Source: Paenibacillaceae bacterium | Lineage (GTDB): Bacteria > Bacillota > Bacilli > Paenibacillales > CANHGK01 | NCBI GenBank assembly: GCA_947460235.1 | Contig: CANHGK010000004.1 | Span: 26,144 to 90,143 of the forward strand | Length of the DNA stretch: 64,000 nt | Direction: 5' to 3' | Shown here: piece by piece, positions 55,634-64,000 of the stretch | Position numbering within the stretch: the stretch's first letter is position 1 | Layout of the letters: each line of letters starts with the position of its first letter | Program-made: the position numbers and the translations under genes | The notes under the pieces: model-generated | What the model was told of the DNA's origin: nothing | The model's input: only the letters and a program-made list of their open reading frames with translations | The model's database searches: none

Positions 55634-57397
55634 TTACTTATCGACTTTTCTGCGATGTTCTTGAAGATTCAATTTATCAGGTCGTTCAGGTTTGTGCAAT
55701 TCTCGATTTGTTTGATCTTGCTCACGTTGTTGTTTCTCTTGCTCACGTTGTTGTTGCGCTTGCTCGCGTTGTTGTTTCTCTTGCTCACGTTGTTGTTTCT
55801 CTTGCTCACGTTGTTGTTGCGCTTGCTCGCGTTGCTGTTGCTCTTGCTCACGTTGTTGTTGCGCTTGCTCGCGTTGTTGTTGCGCTTGCTCGCGTTGTTG
55901 TTGCTCTTGCTCGCGTTGCTGTTGCGCTTGCTCACGTTGCTGTTGCGCTTGCTCACGTTGCTGTTGCGCTTGCTCACGTTGCTGTTGCTCTTGCTCGCGT
56001 TGCTGTTGCTGTTTACGATTAATACGAACGTCTCTAATATCTTGATCTTCATTCAATTGCATTGGCGGTGAAATCGGGACAAGTTTTGGTGTTTCAATAA
56101 TATTAAAGGTAGGACTTAATTTTTGTCCTTGTAAAGAATTATCATTTCTTTCAGTTGGTTGTTCGTTTTGGTTCTCATTGTCAGAACGATCACGATTCGA
56201 ATGTTCAATTTCCTGTTTTTTCTTTTCTAAATTGTTTCTAGGATTTTTGGGGTTCAAAAGTTCTATTTGAAACGGATTGTCTTCCACGTTGCTTTGATTT
56301 TGGGCATTGCCTTGATCATCATTCATTTGTTGATCAAATGAGTGATCGCTTTCAGGATTTTTTTTCATATCCTTTTGCATTTCAAAAAGAAATTGACGGA
56401 TTTGCTGTTTTTGTTTCACCTCTTCGCGAATCCCCTTCGCTTCTGGAACATCTAATAAATGATCCACACCACCAAAAGGATCTGCGATTTCGTGAATTGA
56501 GTGTTCCTGTAAATCTTTGATTTCTAGTTGACGTCCACTTTTTTTAGCTTGTAAGAAAATTGATAATTTCCCCATTGACAATGAATGCTCATTCGCCACT
56601 TCACGAATTTCCATAGGTACAGACATCGTAGTAATTTTGACAGAATCTTTGTTGTTCGGACGATCCTGTTGAATCGTGTATCGGAGTTTTTCGGATACTT
56701 TTTGTTTCAAATGGTGTTCCAATTGCGCGCGATTATCATTTTCTTTCTTCCGTCGTTTCACATCTGGTGAAGCAGTAGCTTCCGCTTTTGGCTGAATGAC
56801 ATCTTCCACCGCTGCAACAGCAATGACGATGTCTGCTTTCTCTTTCATGAAACCTTCTTTTTCAGCTTTTTGAACAATTGTTTGGGCCAATTCATCTACT
56901 GCTTTTCCTTTGACAGCTAAATCTTTTAGGATCGTTTCACCATCTTTATTCACTGCCCTCGCAAATACGACAAAATCTTGTGCATCCAAAGCAAGTTCTA
57001 TACTCGGATTAATATCAATTGTCATATATGCAACTACGCGAGGGTCTGTCGGTAATTTTTCAACTTGAATTGCGACTTCACCTGATGATTGCTTTTGAGG
57101 ATCAACAACACCAAACCACGTTTCAAGCGAAGATCCGCCTACCATCCAATTCCCGAAGAAAATGAACAATAATAAACTAGCTGCAAATGCTGACAACCGT
57201 TTCGCATAGACCGACCAATCACGAGAAGAAGTAGAATTTTGAGTTGCGGAATTCATTTCCCACTCAATCGTCCAAAACATTTCTTCACCACTTTGTAAAT
57301 CCGGATCTACGGCCCGGCGAACTTTAATGAATTCTCCATTTGGTCCAGCAACGATATAGTGATCAATATATACATTCAAAATAATTCCGCGTTTCAC
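55634..57397 (-). CDS. rsgI: anti-sigma-I factor RsgI with a long low-complexity C-terminal region
   Basis: RsgI_N-type N-terminus MKRGIILNVYIDHYIVAGPNGEFIKV. Single TM LSAFAASLLLFIFFGNWMVGG. The start overlaps the sigI stop. Confidence 0.8.
   Translation of the reverse strand: MKRGIILNVYIDHYIVAGPNGEFIKVRRAVDPDLQSGEEMFWTIEWEMNSATQNSTSSRDWSVYAKRLSAFAASLLLFIFFGNWMVGGSSLETWFGVVDPQKQSSGEVAIQVEKLPTDPRVVAYMTIDINPSIELALDAQDFVVFARAVNKDGETILKDLAVKGKAVDELAQTIVQKAEKEGFMKEKADIVIAVAAVEDVIQPKAEATASPDVKRRKKENDNRAQLEHHLKQKVSEKLRYTIQQDRPNNKDSVKITTMSVPMEIREVANEHSLSMGKLSIFLQAKKSGRQLEIKDLQEHSIHEIADPFGGVDHLLDVPEAKGIREEVKQKQQIRQFLFEMQKDMKKNPESDHSFDQQMNDDQGNAQNQSNVEDNPFQIELLNPKNPRNNLEKKKQEIEHSNRDRSDNENQNEQPTERNDNSLQGQKLSPTFNIIETPKLVPISPPMQLNEDQDIRDVRINRKQQQQREQEQQQREQAQQQREQAQQQREQAQQQREQEQQQREQAQQQREQAQQQREQEQQQREQAQQQREQEKQQREQEKQQREQAQQQREQEKQQREQDQTNRELHKPERPDKLNLQEHRRKVDK
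55706..56018. repeat. 21-bp tandem repeat, about 14 copies (encodes REQ[AE][QK]QQ heptads)
   Basis: cttgctc[ag]cgttg[ct]tgtt[gt]c[gt] units visible from 55708 to about 56010. Confidence 0.9.
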
Positions 57398-58194
57398 TTC
57401 TCTTCCCCCCCTTTCGTAATCGCTTGTTTCATGTATTCTTGTAAAAACGGAAAATCACCAATTGATAAAAGCGCATATGCGATTAACGTTTTACGATGTT
57501 TTTCTAACATTTTAATGGACATCCCACATTTTTCAGCTAAATCTTGTAATGGAATCCTTGTCGTTCCAACCCACCGTTTACGGATGGTTTCATCGTTAAC
57601 CATGATCGAAGCGATTCGCCATAATGTCTTACGTGTATCCTCGTGTTTCGGTGCAATTTCAGCCAAATCAGCAAAACCAAAACCAAATTTCTGTAAACTT
57701 TGATCGAAATGTTCAATTTCATTGCGCCGATTATCGTTTTCGTTTTTTAATTGATGTTCTTCCTCAGCTACTTTTACCTCAACAGGATGAAACGTCCCGC
57801 CATCTTGGTCTTCATTTTCGACTTCAAAGGCGCTCCACACCACTTGATCACGAAATTTAGATTCTCTCCGCAAAAAATCGGTCAATCTTCTGCGAATGAC
57901 GGTTTCACTAAATTTAAGAAACGACCTACCGGCATCGAGATTAAACGCATGAATAGACTCATCAAATGCCATTAAGGCAATGCTAAACGCATCGTGTGAT
58001 GTCGGATCAATATACCGTTTAAAAAACCTACTTGTGACGCGAGCAATAAAAGGTTGAAATTCGCGGATAATTTGATCGTTTTCTTTAAATTGGTTTCTTT
58101 GTGAACGAATTACTCGATCCTCAAGCGTCAACTCGAGGTTTAAAGTAGTGACTGCCCTACTGGCACTTGATCGTCCCCATGATAAAATACGCAC
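57394..58194 (-). CDS. sigI: RNA polymerase sigma factor SigI
   Basis: Colinear with B. subtilis SigI as recalled (IIREFQPFIARVTSRFFKRYIDPTSHDAFSIALMAFDESI...; C-terminal RKTLIAYALL). The ORF is open to 58263. The start is uncertain; GTG 58194 is my best guess. Confidence 0.8.
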   Translation of the reverse strand: MRILSWGRSSASRAVTTLNLELTLEDRVIRSQRNQFKENDQIIREFQPFIARVTSRFFKRYIDPTSHDAFSIALMAFDESIHAFNLDAGRSFLKFSETVIRRRLTDFLRRESKFRDQVVWSAFEVENEDQDGGTFHPVEVKVAEEEHQLKNENDNRRNEIEHFDQSLQKFGFGFADLAEIAPKHEDTRKTLWRIASIMVNDETIRKRWVGTTRIPLQDLAEKCGMSIKMLEKHRKTLIAYALLSIGDFPFLQEYMKQAITKGGEEK

Positions 58195-58330
58195 GACAAC
58201 ACCCCAATTCGCTCCTAAGGATATATTTCGAAAATTCCATTGATTTTTGGAGGGTAAAAACAAAAAAACACGGGCATTGTAGCAATGGTAATTACCACCG
58301 CTTCGCTGACCATGTTTTTATGTTGCTATA

Positions 58331-58756
58331 CTACTTGCGTTTTTGCAAGAGAGCTTTCTTCTGTAATTTATTTTGACGCTGACTTAGCACATTTAATCGG
58401 TGCACCAATTGCTTTTCCCACTCGTGATCGCGAAAACTCTTTGCAACTGCCATTAAATCAAGTGCCATATCGATTTGATTACGGACAACATCTAATGGAT
58501 GTTCACTTTCATGGTTCACACAATTTTCGTGAAGTTCCTTCGTCACTTGAGGATCCATAAAAGCAGTAAAATCAAGTTCCATGCCATCACCTTGTGCGTA
58601 TTCGGAAAGTAAATCATATTCTTGTTCAATTAAATAATGAATATCAACTTTTTGACATACCGGGCAGAAATTTAATGGAACGTTATGAATATGTGAATTT
58701 CCCATTTTAAGTGTTCCTTTTGTACCAATCATACTTGCTCCGCAGCAAAATCCCAT
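58331..58756 (-). CDS. hypothetical protein (CPVC-containing, helical C-terminus)
   Basis: ORF 58331..58783. ATG 58756 lies 9 nt after GAAGGGGG. No confident family. Confidence 0.5.
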   Translation of the reverse strand: MGFCCGASMIGTKGTLKMGNSHIHNVPLNFCPVCQKVDIHYLIEQEYDLLSEYAQGDGMELDFTAFMDPQVTKELHENCVNHESEHPLDVVRNQIDMALDLMAVAKSFRDHEWEKQLVHRLNVLSQRQNKLQKKALLQKRK

Positions 58757-59058
58757 GATGTGTAACCCCCTTCGGTCTCTCAAAGCTTTAGATTATGTAG
58801 TTTTGGAGGTTATGCTGTCATAACCCACTTCGTTTGTTTCTAGCTTATTTGTGAAAGCGCCCCAAATTCATAGTTCAATAACAACTTTAGAATCGTCAGA
58901 TAATTTAAGAATGACGACCGTAAGCGTTTTCTTTTAAATTTACGCTTATAATTCTGTTCCGTCTACAAAAATCCTCTTTTTTAATTTGATATTCTTTGGT
59001 ACATTCCTGTTAATACCTTAAAATTATGATGGAGTTTTCGAATGAAGGGTGATGTTTT

Positions 59059-59553
59059 ATGGAACAATTAGGTGGATATGAGATTATTAACCGTTATTAC
59101 CATGATTTGTTTCAAATCTCGGTACGCGACCATCAATCATTTTATGCATATTGGGAATTAAGTGACCGAAAAAAAACATTGCTTGCTAATCATTTTGGCA
59201 GTACTTTTGATGCACTTACGAAGGTGATCCGCGTGTATAATGTCACAGGAATCTATTTCCGCGGAGATAACGCTCATCGTTTTTTCGACATTCAATTGCC
59301 AAATCCTTGTGACAATTATTTTTTTCATGGATTAGAAAATGATGCAACCTATATTGCCGACTATGGTGTGTTTACATTTGAAAGACAATTTATGCCGATT
59401 ATCCGCTCGAATTCTTTGCATTTACCTCGAATTGGTATTTGCGGAGATGGAGCAGCATTAGTTCCTGTTACAACTGAAGCACAATCGACCCGAGTATTTC
59501 ATCGCATCACGCCGCAACATCATGAAAATTTTCTACCCTATGGCCTGAAATAG
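59059..59553 (+). CDS. DUF4912-like protein (usual partner of GH57 glucan genes)
   Basis: 164 aa. The YAYWELSD-type N-terminal pattern and the position upstream of a GH57 gene support the call. The family is from recollection. Confidence 0.5.
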   Translation: MEQLGGYEIINRYYHDLFQISVRDHQSFYAYWELSDRKKTLLANHFGSTFDALTKVIRVYNVTGIYFRGDNAHRFFDIQLPNPCDNYFFHGLENDATYIADYGVFTFERQFMPIIRSNSLHLPRIGICGDGAALVPVTTEAQSTRVFHRITPQHHENFLPYGLK

Positions 59554-59569
59554 ATTGGAGTTATCCAAA

Positions 59570-62308
59570 ATGAATAAACTGATAAAATCTAAATCTATGA
59601 ACGGATTACATCATGCCCAGCATGCCTCGGAAAGGCGTTCGTCAAATGGAAAACCGAATGCAAAAGGTTACTTTACACTGCTTCTTCACACTCACCAACC
59701 ATTTGCACCTCTTTCTGAAGAATCCGAAGACATTCAACAATTCTATCGATTTATGACCTTAACATTGTTGCCATTTCTCGAATTAATTAGCAGATTAATT
59801 ACAGATCATGTCAACTTCCGCTTCGCAATGACCATGTCGCCCATCTTAAGTTCAATGTTAGAAAACGAAGCGATAATGAATCGTTATTCCTTACAATTGC
59901 AACAAACGGATGAAACAAATTTTAATTTTTTTGAATCTTTAGACCGTAAAGTGTTACCCCAACTCAAATTGATTCAAGATCTGGGATATCTCGAAATTTT
60001 AACATGTGCCGCTTCTCATGCGTACTTACCACTTATCAAAACGGAAGAGTCATTAAAAGTACAAATTTCCACCGCAGTAAAAGACTATAAACATCATTTC
60101 GGGCGTGAACCACGTGGATGTTGGTTACCAGAATGCGGATATACGATCGGTGTCGACCGAATTTTAAAACAATATGGAATCGATTATTTCGTGGTTGATT
60201 CTATTGCAATTAAGGAAGCTAATCCACGTCCGAACAGATTAACTTTTGCACCACTGATGACACCTTATGGCGTTCAGGCGTTTGCAAGAGATCATGATTC
60301 TTCCAATCAAATTTGCAGTGGAATTACCGGTTACCCGCGTGATTCTGAATATCGCTTTGGATATCATAATGATGAAAATGCAATATATGATCCTCCAACT
60401 GCCAATGCAAAAGCGAAACTGCATGCTACGCATTTTGTTCAACAACGGATCAAACAAGTTGAATTTTATGCAGAATCATTTGATCGTAAACCACATGTTT
60501 TTGCACCCTTTGATCTTCGTTGGTTCGGGGAACGTTGGACCGAAGGTATAATATTTTTAGAATATGTTTGCCGTCAAATCCATATCGGTCAAACGTCCAT
60601 CGAAATGCTAACACCTTCAGAATATTTATCTGAATATCCGATCGCAGATACTGCAAAACTAAAGGAATCAAGTTGGGAGCATCACTCCACTGCTGAAAGC
60701 TTATTAAACGATAAAAATGAATGGATCTATAAACATTTGCATCAAGCAGAAGAACGTATGATTCGAATCGCAACAAATTTTACAACTACTAAAGATCTCA
60801 CGTCGCTCGAAGCTTCAAAAACGAAACGTGCACTGAAGCAATGCGGGAGAACGTTTATGCTAGCCCAATCCAGCGACTGGGCAACGCTTATGAATACATC
60901 TAAAACATCTGCATACGCGATCACATCTTTTAAAGACTTACTCGGCTGTTTTCACCAACTTGCAGGTATGATCGAAACGAATACAATTGATTTTGAATTT
61001 TTACAAGCACTCGAACAACGCCATTCACTATTTTCACATATCGATGTTTTAGATTTCGTATCGATTTCAAATTACACACCTGTCCAAAATTTCATAAACA
61101 AACCAGCGATAATTCCAATTCTCGAAACAACCAACTTACACCCAAATATCTTCATGCTGACATGGGAATATCCCCCAAAATCAGTCGGCGGGTTATCTGT
61201 TGCAGTTCGAGATTTATCAGAAGCACTTGCTAAACAAGGTAAAATTGTACATGTGCTGACCTCCTCTGATCCTGGATTACCGAATTTCGAAATTGTAAAC
61301 GGAGTACATGTACATCGTCTCCCTATCATGTATTCGTACTATACCGACTTTTATCATTGGCAATTCGAGATGAACTTAGCGATGATTGATCACTTGATCG
61401 CATGGAAACAAGCAGGTGGCAGAATTGATTTGATTCATGCACATGACTGGATGGTATATACGGCAGCTCGCGAAATCAAAATGAGTTTTAATGTTCCGAT
61501 GGTTGCAACGATCCATGCAACCGAATGGGGCCGCAACCAAGGCGTGTTGTATTCTGATTTGCAAAAACGGATTCACAAATTGGAACTACAATTAACGAAT
61601 GAAGCCGATAAAGTATTTGTGTGCAGTGATTATATGAAAAACGAAGTGCAACATGTTTTTGGTCTCAATCCAGGGAAAGTAGAAATCATTCATAATGGTG
61701 TACCATTACCCGTTGAATTTGTTCATGATTTAACGTTGACACGCAAAGCATTCACACCCTACGGTGAAAAAATGATTTTTTATGTTGGACGGTTAGTGTT
61801 TGAAAAAGGTGTTCAATCACTCATCGATGCAATGCCCGCTATTATTAATCAAATACCGAATGCAAAGTTAATCATAGCTGGTACCGGAAGTATGGAATCT
61901 GAACTAAAATCACGTGCATCCTATCTAGGCAATCACGTAAAATTTCTAGGTTATATTGATGATCAAAAGAAAAATGAACTTTTCCAAATTGCAGATGTTT
62001 GTGTCATTCCTAGCTTTTATGAGCCTTTCGGAATTGTTGCACTTGAAACAATGCGTTACCGTAGACCGCTGGTGATAAGTGATACGGGCGGCATGAAAGA
62101 ATTAATTGAACACGGGATTGAAGGTTATAAAGCGTTACCTGGAAATCCCGAATCTTTGACATATCATATTGTCGATTTAATAAACGATCAACAAAAAGGT
62201 CAAAAAATGGCCGAACGTGCCTATCAAAAATTAGAGCGTCATTATGGATGGGCGAAAATCGCAACCCATTTGACGGAAGAATATCGCAAATTACAAGTAC
62301 TTGTCTAA
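59570..62308 (+). CDS. fusion of a GH57-like (DUF1957) alpha-glucan branching-type domain and a GT4/GT5-type glycosyltransferase (glycogen-synthase-like)
   Basis: N-terminal GYFTLLLHTHQPF. C-terminal half IFMLTWEYPPKSVGGLSVAV...IHAHDW...EPFGIVALETM (E-x7-E). Confidence 0.85.
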   Translation: MNKLIKSKSMNGLHHAQHASERRSSNGKPNAKGYFTLLLHTHQPFAPLSEESEDIQQFYRFMTLTLLPFLELISRLITDHVNFRFAMTMSPILSSMLENEAIMNRYSLQLQQTDETNFNFFESLDRKVLPQLKLIQDLGYLEILTCAASHAYLPLIKTEESLKVQISTAVKDYKHHFGREPRGCWLPECGYTIGVDRILKQYGIDYFVVDSIAIKEANPRPNRLTFAPLMTPYGVQAFARDHDSSNQICSGITGYPRDSEYRFGYHNDENAIYDPPTANAKAKLHATHFVQQRIKQVEFYAESFDRKPHVFAPFDLRWFGERWTEGIIFLEYVCRQIHIGQTSIEMLTPSEYLSEYPIADTAKLKESSWEHHSTAESLLNDKNEWIYKHLHQAEERMIRIATNFTTTKDLTSLEASKTKRALKQCGRTFMLAQSSDWATLMNTSKTSAYAITSFKDLLGCFHQLAGMIETNTIDFEFLQALEQRHSLFSHIDVLDFVSISNYTPVQNFINKPAIIPILETTNLHPNIFMLTWEYPPKSVGGLSVAVRDLSEALAKQGKIVHVLTSSDPGLPNFEIVNGVHVHRLPIMYSYYTDFYHWQFEMNLAMIDHLIAWKQAGGRIDLIHAHDWMVYTAAREIKMSFNVPMVATIHATEWGRNQGVLYSDLQKRIHKLELQLTNEADKVFVCSDYMKNEVQHVFGLNPGKVEIIHNGVPLPVEFVHDLTLTRKAFTPYGEKMIFYVGRLVFEKGVQSLIDAMPAIINQIPNAKLIIAGTGSMESELKSRASYLGNHVKFLGYIDDQKKNELFQIADVCVIPSFYEPFGIVALETMRYRRPLVISDTGGMKELIEHGIEGYKALPGNPESLTYHIVDLINDQQKGQKMAERAYQKLERHYGWAKIATHLTEEYRKLQVLV

Positions 62309-62336
62309 ATTCCAATCCTATTGAGGTGATGCGGAA

Positions 62337-64000
62337 ATGAAAGCAGTAATTATGGCAGGCGGTAAAGGAACAAGACTTAGACCGTTAACTTGTGGCATAC
62401 CGAAACCGATGGTTCCACTGCTCAATCGTCCTTGCATGGAATACATCATCGAACTTTTAAAGAAACATAATATTTACGATATTGCGGTCACAGTTCAATA
62501 TTTATCCGAAAATATTAAAAATCACTTCGGCGACGGTTCTGAATTCGGGGTGCGTTTAACGTATTTCGAAGAGAACTCTCCCCTCGGTACTGCGGGTAGT
62601 GTGAAAAATGCGGAAAAGTTTTTGAATGAACCGTTTATCGTCATTAGCGGTGACGGCTTGACGGACTTCGATCTCGAAAAAGCCATTCAAGCACACAAAG
62701 AGAAGCAAGCACTTGCAACGATTGTTCTTACTCGTGTTGCATCTCCGTTAGAATATGGTGTTGTCATGACCGATTCGAACGGTAAAATCACTCGTTTCTT
62801 GGAGAAACCAACGTGGGGCGAAGTGTTTAGTGATACGGTAAACACTGGGATTTATATTCTTGAACCGGAAGTGCTTTCGTATTTTGAAGCTCAACAAGAA
62901 TTTGATTTTAGCATGGACTTGTTCCCACTTTTATTGTCCGACCAGCAAGCGTTGTATGGCTATGTCGCAGAAGGATATTGGTCTGATATCGGTAACTTGC
63001 AACAATACCGTCAAACTCAATTTGATATGTTGGACCGAAAAGTAAATATACGAATTGCTGCTACCGAAGTTTCACCAGGTGTTTTTGCGGAAACCGGTGT
63101 CGTATTACCGAACAAACGAAAAATTAAAGGTCCTGCCTATATCAGTAGCGGAGTGACATTACAAGAACCATTAAAAATAAAAGAATATACCATTATCGGT
63201 CGCAATAATCACATCTCATCTGGGGCACGTTTTGAGCGAACAATCATTTGGGATAACAATCATTTTGGCAATAATGTTGAATTAAGCGGCGCGACGATTT
63301 GCAGTCATGTAAACACAGGATTCGGCGCAATTTTATATGAAGGATCCATCGTCGGAACTGGTTGCTCGATCGGTTTGAAATCTGTATTGAAACCGAACGT
63401 TAAATTATGGCCGAATAAAGTCGTTCAAGAAAATTCAACAATCCATACCTCGCTCATCTGGGGCGAACAAATGAATAGTAATTTATTTGGCAGTTCCGGT
63501 ATTACTGGCATAGCCAATGTCGACATAACACCTGATTTTGCAAGCAGATTATCTGCTGCTTATGGGGCGATTTTGCCATCTCGTTCAACGATTATTTTGA
63601 GTGCTTCCACTCACCCATTTGCACAATTGATCAAAACATCGCTTTGCACTGGATTGCACGCAGCGGGTATTCATACAATCGATCTCGGTTACTCGATCAG
63701 TGGCGTTACTCGCGCAGCAGTAAAAAATTTACGGGTACAAGGTTCGATTCATGTGCGTCTCATGGACATTCAAGGTGAAAAACGAATTCGAATTGAATTT
63801 ATGGACGCACAAGGGCTTCCGATCTCAAAAAGTACGGAAAGAAAGTTAGAAAATTCATATTGGCAAGAGGATTATGTGCGTTGTAACATGGATTCAATCG
63901 GGAGAACTAGACTTTACTCCCACGCTGAAGATGATTACATACATAATCTAGTTGACGAAATGGATATGAATTTATTTGAATATTGTGGCTTAAAAATTGT
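62337..64000 (+). CDS. bifunctional sugar-1-phosphate nucleotidyltransferase / phosphohexomutase-like protein (5' partial, runs off the window)
   Basis: Absent from the ORF track because it is open-ended. I translated it by hand from ATG 62337 (after GAGGTGA): MKAVIMAGGKGTRLRPLT...GYWSDIGN, then left-handed beta-helix repeats, then a PGM/PMM-like N-domain. There is no stop up to 64000. Confidence 0.85.
   Translation, partial: MKAVIMAGGKGTRLRPLTCGIPKPMVPLLNRPCMEYIIELLKKHNIYDIAVTVQYLSENIKNHFGDGSEFGVRLTYFEENSPLGTAGSVKNAEKFLNEPFIVISGDGLTDFDLEKAIQAHKEKQALATIVLTRVASPLEYGVVMTDSNGKITRFLEKPTWGEVFSDTVNTGIYILEPEVLSYFEAQQEFDFSMDLFPLLLSDQQALYGYVAEGYWSDIGNLQQYRQTQFDMLDRKVNIRIAATEVSPGVFAETGVVLPNKRKIKGPAYISSGVTLQEPLKIKEYTIIGRNNHISSGARFERTIIWDNNHFGNNVELSGATICSHVNTGFGAILYEGSIVGTGCSIGLKSVLKPNVKLWPNKVVQENSTIHTSLIWGEQMNSNLFGSSGITGIANVDITPDFASRLSAAYGAILPSRSTIILSASTHPFAQLIKTSLCTGLHAAGIHTIDLGYSISGVTRAAVKNLRVQGSIHVRLMDIQGEKRIRIEFMDAQGLPISKSTERKLENSYWQEDYVRCNMDSIGRTRLYSHAEDDYIHNLVDEMDMNLFEYCGLKI

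Noticed and set aside
55655-56071. Track ORFs 55655..56071(+), 55708..56022(+) and 55669..56052(-) with Leu/Ala/Val-rich or NSN-rich repeats.
   Set aside because: These are alternative-frame or antisense translations of the 21-bp rsgI repeat, and they lie entirely inside a well-supported gene.

Overview
AT-rich (about 38-40% GC by eye) chromosomal segment from a low-GC Firmicute, probably Bacillales-like: it has a sigI-rsgI pair, AGGAGG ribosome-binding sites, and frequent TTG/GTG starts. I saw no rRNA, tRNA, CRISPR array, transposase or integrase. Content falls into four groups. (1) Dense signal transduction: three hybrid histidine kinases plus one degenerate paralogue and one sensor-only paralogue that share the same extracytoplasmic sensor type, an orphan Spo0B-type kinase, an MCP, two PilZ proteins, an ECF sigma/anti-sigma pair, and SigI/RsgI. 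(2) Secreted polysaccharide-active enzymes: two tandem GH13 amylases with N-terminal CBM25-like modules, a free tandem-CBM20-like protein, an AA10 LPMO-CBM5/12-GH18 chitinase fusion, and a 1.7-k-aa S8 protease carrying six CBM25-like modules. (3) A GH57-GT4 alpha-glucan synthesis cluster at the right edge. (4) Housekeeping genes: thiO-like, PCD, an ABC-2 exporter, an RNA methyltransferase, an RluA family synthase, SPFH, amiF, pepA and yfbR-like. The most unusual feature is a family of four intergenic arrays of CCGAAA/TTTCGG repeats (at about 36.1, 45.8, 46.4 and 50.2 kb). Their outermost TTCGGTGT unit sits at the -35 position of outward-facing promoter-like elements. Two of these arrays form a duplicated module (small ORF <- array -> short C-rich terminated unit) in a gene-poor 1.3-kb island between the protease and a PilZ gene. 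All domain calls come from motif recognition in the supplied translations and have not been checked against any database.
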